DNA of 64,000 bases from Phoronis australis (Eukaryota; Animalia; Phoronida). Each line of letters starts with the position of its first letter. Position 1 is the stretch's first letter. The notes under the pieces are model-generated. The model had not been told where the DNA came from, did not search any database, and was given only the letters and a program-made list of their open reading frames with translations. The translations under genes and the position numbers were made by a program. Location: NCBI GenBank assembly GCA_002633005.1, contig NMRA01000996.1:11271-75270 (forward strand), written 5' to 3'. Shown piece by piece: positions 1-12,100 of the stretch.

Positions 1-3000
1 TCATTAGAAATTACACTCTTCCTGGAGTAAACTAAATTATTTGCTGGTGCTGAAAAAAATTGGCATTCTGCCGTTCACTCTGCTGCTGAAATTTGGGTGC
101 GCTCTTTAAGGTCGGCTTTCAGCGCCCTCATGTGTTGCATGTCACAACAAATTATTAGAGCTGATTTCATTTCTTAACAAGTTTTTAATAGCAGGAAACC
201 AAATTTCATAAAAAAATTTGCTCCTGCCAAGCTGTCATCATTTCCCGACAGATCACGCAAAATTTTAGGAAATGGCGCGTGTTGAGCGTACTGTTTTCTT
301 TGTTACAAAAGGCTGAGAATTATGAAGTAAATTAACGTTTACTAGATTGTTTTTTCAATTAAATGGCTTCAGCGGGCAAGGTGAGTGTCAGTTGACACCC
401 AGATGTTTGCACACTCCCCTGCCGGTTGAGAGCTCTATGATGATGTAAGTTTCGTGACTAGGTGACGAGTAGAACTATCCAGCTTATGTAAAATTTCGGA
501 GTGTAACGGAGCTCAACACACAGTGCTACTGGTACCTATTGTATTTTGAAGATAGTCCTCATACAGCTAGCTGGTTGGCTAGGCCCAGGTATGAATCAAA
601 GTGACAGGAAAGAAAAACGAAAAACGTTGTGAGTATGCACATGTTGGTCTGTCAACTGGACTACATAGTCGCACGGCTAATGACATCTTTTTGTGCTGTG
701 CAGCCTCAGTGACGTCACGAAAAATAGCGCTTGCAGTGGGGCTTTATGAAACTAATAATTTTTTACTTTTGGAAGTAAAAAAGAAAAATACTGTGCACTA
801 TTTAGGAATATGTGGATGCCAGTAACCAACCTTTATACTTTAAAAATTCATATTAAAATGCTGAAACTTGTAGTTCAAGCCTCTTTTAACATGTGGAGAA
901 TTTCTCCCTTACACTGGTGACCACTCTGATTCCCTAAGCCCCAGACAACTTTTAGGATGCCTATTCAGCACGCCCTTTGTATTGAAGTAGATCTGAGCAA
1001 ATGAAGTGGAGAGGTAATTGCTTGCATTACTGTCTCAACAATGGTTGTTGTTGATTCCTCCAATTTGGTTTTCTTTGACATTTGCAAAGTTATAGCAATA
1101 GCTCATTGGTTATAGCCTGCAACTCTGGAGAATAGTTTTAACTTGGTATGTTAAAATGACTAAAAAGGTTAACTTGTGTTTATCGTCACAAAGGGGCACT
1201 GCCCAAAGGAATGATAAGTTTCATATTGATTTTCTTTATTTAATTTTTAATGCTTGTGTCCACTTGTGTTTTTTCCAACCGGGAACGGGTTGATAACTTT
1301 TTATCTAAGTTTTGAACTTTAAGTGCCAAAACAGTGGTAAATTTTGATCGCCAGCTAAACTTAATTAGTTAACTTCATTGTGAGCCCATCCCTAAACTTA
1401 CCACATTACAGGTACACTGAACATTTCACGTGTCATTAAAGTTTAATCTTTATTAGAACTCAAATAATAAAATAAAAACGAAAGTGCAAGTATGGTGATA
1501 ACCAAACTGAAGATTTGGAATCTCTGGACAATTTTGGTTGGGCTGACTATATATAACTATTTTAGCTCTTTGTCAGTAATAAAAAATGATAAGTGGGCAC
1601 AACTGTTTCCTGGTAAAAAATCTGGTTAAACGAGATGGAAAGAATATTAAAAAATGAATCCACGTGATATTGTTAACTATGATCAGCGTTCTGCTTTTTT
1701 GGTTTAATTGCAAGCTTAGTCCGGTAGAAGTGTAGACGTTTAAAAATTTTGAATTGAAAGTGATCGTCAATTATATAAGTATGTTGTTCATCCAGTGTCC
1801 ACTTTGATTGTGGATTGGTGGATTGACATCCATGCGTGTACACGTTTGAGCATTTCTGTTCTTTTAAATTCAGTGAGTTCATTACAGGCAGTCCTTTGTT
1901 GTGCTCAAAATCCAGATATTCAGCTACCGTGTTTTCTTGCACTGAGAATACCCCGTCGAGCATTTTCACGTTGTGATGATCAATGAAAATCTTCTCTAGT
2001 CAATCAATGTCAATGGTCCACAACCCTGCAGACTTCATACGAGCTACAAACCTGATGCAAAAGATTTCCAAGGTTCTATGTCACTATGGCGAAGTTTCAA
2101 TACTCCGAAGGTCCTGTACTCCAAATGTCTACTACTCCGAAGGTTTCTTACCTTCTAAAATTCACTACTGTGAATTTCCACTATTCCAAAACTCCGACAG
2201 TTCTCTACTCTTGATTGTGTGATCATTACTCATATTCTCAAGCAGATACAACATCTGGGGCACACATAAAGGCTGCGGCGACCAGCGGCAGTTTCAAATT
2301 TAGGAAGACTGAATGGGATTCCCCGACTTCGTGAGAACTGGCAGGGACAGGGTGGCCTACTAACTTCATTGAGTTTCGACCCGGCCATATTCGTCGCAGT
2401 GCAATGCTATCTTGACATGGGGATCTGATGAATGTTTCATGGTTGATAATTCATCAGTATGCTACTTCAGATCATTTTAAAATGCAAGTGCGTACTCATT
2501 TTAAGACATGCGAGCAATTTCTCGATCATGCGCAGTGAAATCTGTCCACCGTTTCCTAAGTTGTGCTTGTCATCTGGAGAGGGTGGTCACTGTCTACATG
2601 AAATCCTAACAGAGTGCTTTAGGGCAAATCCGTGAAAAGGTCAACCTTGACCCAAAAATTAAAGTTGTGGCTACACTAATATTTCTGGTCTCAACTGAAA
2701 GTCCATTCTCTTTAGTTTCAGGTCCCATATTTGACTGTCTTATAACGTTCAATTTTTTGCTTAAATGGACCCATTTTTGGGATCACTTGACCCTAAAAAA
2801 TTAGCTCAATTTTCATGTGTGTTTTGCTAATTATTGTCATAAAAAGCTAATTATGGGGATTTCACTATACTATCAATTTTGGGCAGTCACATGAATTCCA
2901 AACTTTATAACTTTCGCACATTATTGACCTATTGGGGTCAAAGGTCAACTCCTGCATATCATGGTGCCATACATCCATCACAAAAAGTGTTAAAAATTTT

Positions 3001-5556
3001 AGTTAGGAAAACTATTAGTAATTTGAAATTTGGAAGTCAACTCAAACTTTGAAACAAATTTAGAAAAGAAACTTTGATACTTGTACTGGCGACTTGGAAT
3101 TTCCCCAGGTCACCAAACACAATCTGAGGTCGCATTGGTGACCTGCAGGTCGAGCGCTGGATGCTGTTAAGAGTACGACTGATGTTTGTTGCATGTGTCC
3201 GACTACCGTGGTGTCCCCAAGTGGCAATTGTGGAATCTGCAGCTGTATTTTTTTAATGAACGGTTGCAAGATCTTTGTAAAATTTGGTATGTGTATTTCT
3301 ATTCATTTGGCAACACATGAATGGTTCTGACAACTGCTGTGCTTCCAAGTAAAAAGTTGATGTTTTATGATCATGTCTATATCCTTGGAACTCCTGGACT
3401 GATTTTCATGAAATTTGGCAATAAGGACACAACACCATGTTCCTATTTTCGATTTGGTTCAATGCACCATCTAGTGACTGTTTTATGATGCTATTATTAT
3501 GTGCACTGAGCGTAGTCTCGATTAATAGCAATCTGACAATACTTTGCAAGCCTAGGAATCATTCATTTCAGTTAAGGAATAAGTTGAAGCCAATTTTATA
3601 CTTGGTAATTGTCAAAGTCAAAAGTTTCCTCATTTGTCTGAATGCCGCGTTAAAGCTGCAGGAGATTCCGTTGACTTTCAGCCAGACAATTTTGCAAATT
3701 TCAATTTGCCTGCAAAGCCATATGATCAATAATTGTGTTTCCATGGTTACTACCCTTGAACCATGTAAATGAACACTGCTTTGGAGCTCTCTGTTTAGAA
3801 CCTCCATCTCTAATAATTATTCCCTGATGTGAAATGTACTGTTTTGTCAGCACTTGTAGCCTGTCTTTTCAGTTATTGGGGGTTAATTATTTAATTTAAT
3901 GTGTCCTTACAATATGTGAAATCTCAATATTGCCAAAGCCCAAGTACTTACAGACTGTAAATCTAAAGGCCCAGTCTTCAGACTGGAATTATTACTTAGG
4001 GTAGTTAGCTGCCTGCAATCTTACTGTTGAAGCCATCAAGGAACTCTACTGGTTGCATTCTTTTACCATTAAGGACCATTACATGGCCAGCCAATAAGGC
4101 CAGTTCCATTTATATACTGATGAACTAAATCAGCCATTTTGAAAAAGTGGCTGCTACTTCATGTGTTGAATGAGTGTTTCAATTAATGTGAAAAGTATTT
4201 CACTCATTTTCACAATTCATAATGTTAAGTTTGGTAAAGTTACGCCAATTTAAAATAACTAAAATTTAATGTTACTGATCATTCTCACTCTGCTAGGGGT
4301 GAGTATATCAAACTTTCATTTTTTAAAAACCCTTGCAATGCCATTCAAAAACCCTTTTTGCTTCAAGTTTTTGTAGTGGAACTGTTTGTTTTCTTACTGC
4401 CAGTTATACTTCCTAATCTACCACATGGTGATCTCACTGGCCTAATGGAGTTCATTGATTGCTAATGCACAGATTGGTTGACCATTGCTACTTTGAACAT
4501 TTAGGAATTGGAAGTTTGTGGTTTTAACTTGACCTACTTTGCATTGTGTGGGTTCTTAAATTAGTCATTTCTATTATTTAAGATAATTTGAATTTCACTT
4601 TCAGAAGTTCATGGTTACAACATTCTCATTAATGTTTAACCATTTGGATGTTAGTGGCCTGACCTAACACCCAGTCTAAAAGTTTTCAATTATTTTAAAT
4701 GATATAGTGAATGCCACTCTCAGTTTACAACAGTACTTTGATTGGGTGACCAGCAGGTCACCAATGTGACCTCGGATTTTTTTCGACCTGGTAAAAATCT
4801 CAAATTGCCACTCACACAAATCTGAGACCGTGCTCAAAATACGGCTTAATGCAAAGTAAAACAGCCGGGTGTTGGAATCATTTGATAGAATCTCGAACAG
4901 CGTAATGATGAATCATGTGCAGATGGCGTGTCTTGGTTGCTGGCTTCCCCTTTAGGTAGGAGGCAGGTTAGGCATGGGCCCAGCATTAAATCAATCTTGC
5001 ATGCAGGTTAAACTGTTAAAGTCACATCATTGTGATTAGTTATCTTCCGAGTGTAGCTGAGCACCTGTTGAAGCAGGTAAGAGTCCTTAAACCCTCCTTC
5101 CTGCATGAGGAGGTATTCCCCCAACAAAGGCAAGAAGCTGTTTATGTTGTGATTACATGTATAACATTTTTAATCATCAAAGTCGACCTCTATGACTTTG
5201 GCAGTGAGCCAATCTCTAGTGCACGGCCCGCGTGTTGCTTTTTAGTTACGGTCATGCACATTGTATTATTTTATCACTGTCTGTAACGCACTACACCAGT
5301 GATCTGCCAAAGTTGTCAAGAGCTAGATATTTGGCCACCAGGGGCACGACTCTTGTACCTGGATGGCGCCACCTATCGGATTGCTACCATGTGAGCCAGA
5401 GATGTGTTTTATGTGGAATACTGGGCTGGATTACAAGTAATCGGTCTTTACAGAGCTTACTATTTCTTCTAATTTCCCCTTCAACTGAAAGAAAATAAAG
5501 AGCGTAAGACCAGTCTTGGAATAGATATTCTTGGGAATGTTTGCCTAGATTTCCGC

Positions 5557-5584
5557 TGTGTGTGTGTCTGTGTGTGTGTGTGTG

Positions 5585-5629
<45 letters not shown>

Positions 5630-5630
5630 G
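5557..5630. repeat. Compound microsatellite (TG)n(TCTG)n, probably within a Helentron/HINE-type element
   Basis: Directly visible; the element assignment is an inference from typical HINE architecture. Confidence 0.9.
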
Positions 5631-5924
5631 GGCCAGGACTTTCGCACATCGTGGTTTGAAAAACTCGTTTTCTGTTTGGGGACCTGGAAATTTTGCCAGA
5701 TCGCATTTGGCATGTTGATGTTATGATAAGGGTCGAGCTGTGTTTTAAGGAAATTAAAACTGATTTTAAATTCCAAGTGTGCTTCATTCTGAAGTACTTG
5801 CAGTAAGACCAATTCACTAGTACCTACCAGTTTTAACAGAAACTCTGTAAATTGTTCCTACTGTTGCACTACCCAGTTTTCTGCCGTTGACTTTTTCATA
5901 TGCCAGGTATAATGTCTCTTTCAG

Positions 5925-6113
5925 ATGATGGGTTTAGCCATCCTGGCTATAGGAATCTGGATGAAGGTGGATCTTTATCGTTACATGCAGCTGACCACTG
6001 TTTACTATGAAGAGGCTCCCTTCGTCCTGATTGGTATTGGAGCTTTGATCGTCATTATTGGAGGGCTTGGGTGCTGTTGTGCTTGCAAAGGTCATGGCCG
6101 CCTACTGTATATG
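5925..6113 (+). CDS. Tetraspanin exon (end of TM1, small loop, TM2)
   Basis: ttttcag|ATGATG...TATATG|gtatgt; 189 nt; MMGLAILAIGIW...APFVLIGIGALIVIIGGLGCCCACKGHGRLLYM. Confidence 0.93.
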
Positions 6114-9100
6114 GTATGTGTATTGTGACCTACTGCTGTGACCAGTGGTTTGGGGAATAATGTGTCTTGATATCAAAGAAATGCGATTTGGAAAGTCTGT
6201 GGTTTAGTGTGCCGTCAAATTTATGAATTTTGTCTTTGCTACATTATGACTCAAAAACATGTCGTTTACTCGATTTTCATAGATCAACATTTAGCATACA
6301 GCATGAGTAGCAACATCCAGTAACTGTCAACAATCATAAATTACGTAATGCGGCTTCAATGTCATCTTCATTATTTGTCATTCAGTAATTGCTCAAGAGT
6401 AATTTGAAAATTTGTTGGGATATGATTCCCACCCGCAGCCATCCAGCTGCTTTTAGATCCTTGCACTCCTTTTTTGAGGATTTCTATATTTTTTGTTTGA
6501 CAGTTTTTTATATGTTGCCATCAAACCAAGTCCTTAGTGATGTTTTCCAGGCAATAGTCACTTGCAGGATATCATAGTTTGAGAACCAGTTTGATGCTTA
6601 TTAATCAGTGAAGTAAACTGGTTCTCAAAATGTCGGACCTCATGTATTATAAAGTCCAAGTGATAGGACATGTTCGGTGATTTGGACTTAGTCTACTGTT
6701 CATTCTGTTTAGTAGTGCTCATGATGTATCATCTCTAGGTAACAATCCTGAAGCCCTTTGGGATCCCGATTCTTAACACTGTTTGACTATGTTCTTGTTG
6801 AAGCTTGTGTATGCCTACTGTTCATTACAGTGACATGTCCATACTTGGTTTCTGTCTATATTTACACTCTTATCTCTGTTTAGTTTACTATATTGGAGAA
6901 CACCTGACTGACTTCAGAAGATAAGAAGTCAAGGGTAGACCAACTTACACCCTGACTATAACAAATTGCAACTTGTGTTGAGGAATGCATTCTTGGTTAA
7001 GATAAGATGCACAGGTTATTTAATAACATTTTAGATCTTAAATCAAAACAAAGTTAATTATTATATTATTCAACTTGACTAAAACATATGTATCATGCAA
7101 TCTTGAGAACAACGAAAACTTCAATGTTTTTAAAAGCATTGCAATTTTGATATTCCCGAATAGCACAGTGTGCACTGATGTAAGGATAAACAGTTGAGGA
7201 AATCATATTAAGTTTTCCATTAAATGAGAGCATGAAGTTGGAAGACATCAGAGCACACGTGATAAACTGCCTGTGGTTGAAAAACAACTAATGGATTTCG
7301 TCAAAAGTAGCATTTCATAGAGTTCAGAATGAAACTGCAAATCGTTACTAACAGAATTAGTGGAGATTTTTTTCCCTGAAATAGTATTGATTTTTGGTGA
7401 GAATATATTCATCAACCTCGTTTCGAAACCTGCAGTACGTTGGCATTCCGTGCTAAGAGTTCGCAAGTGGTAAACTGTACTCTAAAAGGTTTTAGCTGTT
7501 CTAGTGAAAATCTGTAGTAAAACGTAGAGGCGTTGTTTTATGGTGTGGTTTAATTGTTATAAGGTGACTGAGTAAGCCCACTCAGGCTGGGGGGTTGAAT
7601 ATTCTGTATTTGGGATTATGTACGCACTGGCACTCTTATGTCATTGTAATAAATATGTAATAAATAGAAGGATGGTACTTAATGTTATTTAGGGCATTGT
7701 TGACAAGTAAGGTATTTTGACTCTGTGATCTCACATTTGTAGAAAGCCTGCAGAGTTTGATTTTTGACCATACCAATCTCCCATGAATTGGGTCACGTGA
7801 CCTTGTAATTAATAAAATTTAACAAAAGGAAAGCTACATTGATCTAAAACAAAGATGCTAATAACATGATCGAATTTCATTTGGTAAATGTTCAAGATGA
7901 GATCTCAAAAACTGTGTTATAGTAAAATATAATTTCAGTTTTTATTTTATACAACTTGAGTTTGATCACGGAAACAAAAAATAAAAGTCCCTCATGCTAA
8001 CGTTAGTAGGGCATTTTGAAAACAATTCCTAACACCGGTTCGGAGAACAGTGCCTTAAACCATTGTAGCTGAAAATTTCATATTAAGTGGCTAACCAATT
8101 TCTGATATATGATATTCAGTCTAAAGTTTGCCAGGTTTGACATTTTGGTAAGCTCCTACACACCCTGAAACACTTCCCTATTACTATTGTCATAGAGGCA
8201 TGCACTTGCTGATACAGTAATGCCACATGACACAACGCAGTGATAGGTGGCTGTTTGTAGTCAGCGTTATCAAATGGCCTGCGTTCTCATGACTACCTGT
8301 TGTCATGTTTTGTCACACCTGTGACCCTGATCAATACGTACTTGCCTGGAGCTATAGCTAACGAGGCATAATTTCTACAACCAGGTTTTGACTCTTGATT
8401 GATCAAATAAAAAACTCCTTTTTAATAAAAGCCATGCACCGTGACATCTGCACGAAATGTGAATCAAGTAGAGGATGCTGCTGTATTACACCGAAATGTT
8501 CTGTTGTATAGTGAAGAAGGCTTAAGGTTTATTGCTGGACTTGTATGAGAAAAATGTCCAATTTTGGCCAACTTCGGAACATCATATCTCAAAAATGTCT
8601 GGTCGAATTAACGTGAAACTTTAGGACACTATGCTTTGTATACTGTTCTCTAAAATTCTTTTAGGGATTGTTTTTAGTATTCAACCTTTGCGTTACGGGC
8701 TATCAAAAATAAGATTTTTATGAAAAAATATGCATAAAATGAAATCAGAATGATTTCGGAATACTGTAATCAACATTTTTGAGATTTTATCTTAATCATT
8801 TACATCATACACAGTTAGCTTATTTTTGATCCCGTTGTTTTGTTATGAATTTACCTTTTATTTCTTTTTGACTAAATTTTTCTAAAACATTTTGGTCACA
8901 TGTCCTAATTAATGACATGTTAGTGTAGTCAAAAATCGAATTATACAGAATTTCTACTTTCAGATGCCGAGTTAAATTCTATGGTTTTGAATATAATTTG
9001 GCTAAATGTACAAATTTGTGGGTAAGGTCCTACTTAAAATCGCAGACTTGTTGAGTTTCCACACATTTCAAGCATGGTCCAACCCAAAATGATGATTATC

Positions 9101-12100
9101 TCACTTATGATTTATTTCCTGATGACATGTTTTCTGTTCGATTGCCTGCTTACATTAAAACAGAGCTTTGTGAGAATACCAACATGAGTACTTGTCAACA
9201 TGTTTCACTTTCTGTCATATAGCAAAAAGAAAGAACTTGTGCCAACTCCATACTGTTCCGTGCATTTCCTGGCTTTGACACTTGGGCAGAATTTGTACAT
9301 TTTTGTTTTTTGCTTTGTTTTTTCCGGTGATGTCACAATTTCCANTCGGACTCCTACGTTCGTCATGTGTATGTTATTAACTTCTTTTGTTCATCCTCAC
9401 CACCATCTTCGTCATATTCGTCATCTTTGTCATCATCTTTATCGTCATCTTTTTGGTTAATTTCGCCAAGGTTCGCTCCTCGGAGCGCTTTCATTTGCTT
9501 TGTTTTTTCCGGTGATGTCACAATTTCCAAAGTACGTATCACAGGAACAGATGTGTTTATCCTCCTGCATATTTTAGAAATTATTTAAGGTTGTGGGGAC
9601 CTATATGAATAATTTGCCTTCTCCTACTGCGTACACAGCTAGGCTCTTCACTTATTCGTCATGCGGTGTTAAGCACAATTTATTTTGCGAAAATTTTCAA
9701 CCTAGATTTAAGAAAATTGAGTCATTTAGTATGATCTTATCTCACTTTGTAGTGTGTAGATGTCAAAGCAAATGTTCTCTTTGTAAAATATCCTTTATTT
9801 CTAGTAGTGGTAACCAGGCTTTGGAAAATTATCTGTAGAAAAAATCAAGTTTTGGTATTTTTTGTTTTTGTACAAATTAAGCATATTCACTGTGAACTTG
9901 CTGTTATTTTCTGTTCTCTTCAGTCTTCTGGCTGATGCAGTTTGTTTGTGAATAAATTATTCAAGACACAAAATTTAAATTCAATCGATCGAATTGTACA
10001 TATAGCTCTGTAGTTTACTTCATGTACTTATTTCCAACTGGGCCCACTTGAGAATCTGTATTCACTGAAGTGGTCACCCTGTCTTTTAAAGAAGTTTAAG
10101 CAAATAAATAAACAACTGTCTGTTATTTTCTTTTTTCAGTATGCTCTGTTCTTGATGATCATCTTCATCGCTGATTTGGCCGCTGGTATAGCTGGGTTTG
10201 TTTACCGCCAGAAGGTGGGTTGAGTTATGGTGCCTTGTGTTATTTAAACCATTTTAGAAGACGGTTAATCCCTTTTCAGTAAAATTTTCATGAGTTGTAA
10301 CTTAGGACCTGTTCTTATCGAAACCTTCTTTCATGGTGCCGCAACAGTTATAAATTAATGGCATCTGATGCTATATTCAAACGTTGCATTGTGATAGGTC
10401 TTATTGTGCTGGATTGTGCACCAACTAAGTTTGAAATAACTGATTTGATTGAAGAATTTTGTGATATGCCACGGAATTCTGAACCGGGGGGCTTTTCTTT
10501 GCCGTTTACGCGGTCGTGTTTTTCATCAACCGATGTATCTCAGACATGGATCCCTTCATACCAGTTGCCGTGACTGGACAGCACCACAATATTATTGAAG
10601 TTCAGTGAAAATATTAACATTATTGCTGCAGGATAACAGACACTGTTCAATGAAAATACCACTTGGCTAATTCTTGAACTGTTGCACTTGCATTCTGTTC
10701 CAATTAATGTTAGCAGCATCATCCTGCATACCTCTCAATCTGTATTACTGGAAATTCCTGTGTTATCACAATCTGCTACACTGTATCAGAATTGGTTCTG
10801 TAGCTTTCTGTTGAGTTGAATAATACCAAGTTTTGAGAGTAGGTTGTTCTCTAAAAATGTAGCAGCCTGTTGTCAGACAATGTCTAATTGCCCTCATGTC
10901 ACACAAATCAATCACTGTCTGACTAACTTGCACAGGTATTTAAAAGTTAATATCCATAGCGCCTGCATCAGTTACCTGTCAATGCGGGTACTGAATAATG
11001 AATACTTATGCTACTCAGCAGAACAACTATGCTGCGGTGAGTCAGTAAAGACACTTGATTGTTCCTTTAGATTGAGCTTCTGAGTCAGACATGAGTGTGA
11101 ACCACTGCCATGCTGTCATGTTATGACATGCCATGGCATAGTTGTTCAGTGTCTATGTTGTCATGCTAACAGTCCCTCAAAGTTTTAAAATCTTAACACT
11201 ACCCAGTCACCATAAATGTGGCAGTGGTCAGATATGTCTGTGAAATTCCTGAAGGGCGGGATAGATTAGGAGTTGTAGTACTGCCACATATTCATAGAGG
11301 GCACTAGTGTGAAGGCATATTAATGCCTCTAAGCACATATTTATAGCTGTTTGATAGCGTTTTTTTTCATCGCAGTTTTTCGATATCAACTGTCATGTCA
11401 TTTAAAGCAAAAGTCGTATGGATGTTGAAGCGGCTGCAATGAATTCAATTTTTGGTGATGATTTTGATGATTTAATGTCAGCAAATGTCTCAGTTGTTGA
11501 GACGAGGATGTGGATTTAGAGTGCATAAAATATCCACAATAATGATAAGATGGGTAAATATCCAAATTTTATTGTAGGCTGGAAAGGGGTAAGGCCACGG
11601 ATGAATTTAATGGCTGAGTGGTTCTGGAAATTCGAACAAAAATAATTGCCAAAATCGTCAACTTGATGGGGGAAATTGCCAGCACCTACTGTAAAAGTGT
11701 CGGCTTATCTTCAGGCCATCTTCACAAAATTGATGGCTCATTGTCTTTCATTTGACTAGGATGCAATGAGTGTTGGAAAACTGTTGGGTTGCCACCGAAA
11801 GCACTAACATTAAAAAAACTCAACATCACACTGGGCTTAATAGATAAAATTGACAGTCTGCAAAAGTTCCTGCTGCCGTTGGAAAATTTTGAAACTATTA
11901 ACAAAATCTTGGCTCCTGTTTCTGGAGAATCACCTTTTATTTGTTCAAAAGTTCTTAAATTTTATTTTAAGTTACGAATTGTGTGTGAGACCATTTGTAA
12001 TTTTGCAAGTGGGGTGCTAATCCTAGTCGTGTCACTGTTACAGTTGTGTCATGGCTTTGGGGTGGGGGGAGTACTTAAACACAAGGTGTGCTAACAAGAC

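Noticed and set aside
363-386. ATGGCTTCAGCGGGCAAG|gtgagt as the tetraspanin first exon
   Set aside because: The phase fits, but it encodes only MASAGK and would omit the first half of TM1; no suitable intervening exon was found, so exon 1 probably lies upstream of the window.
5384-5817. Overlapping ORFs with RQTD/HT or VCLS repeats
   Set aside because: They are translations of the microsatellite.
11417-11730. Acidic stretch resembling a piggyBac transposase N-terminus
   Set aside because: Too decayed, and no catalytic motifs are visible.
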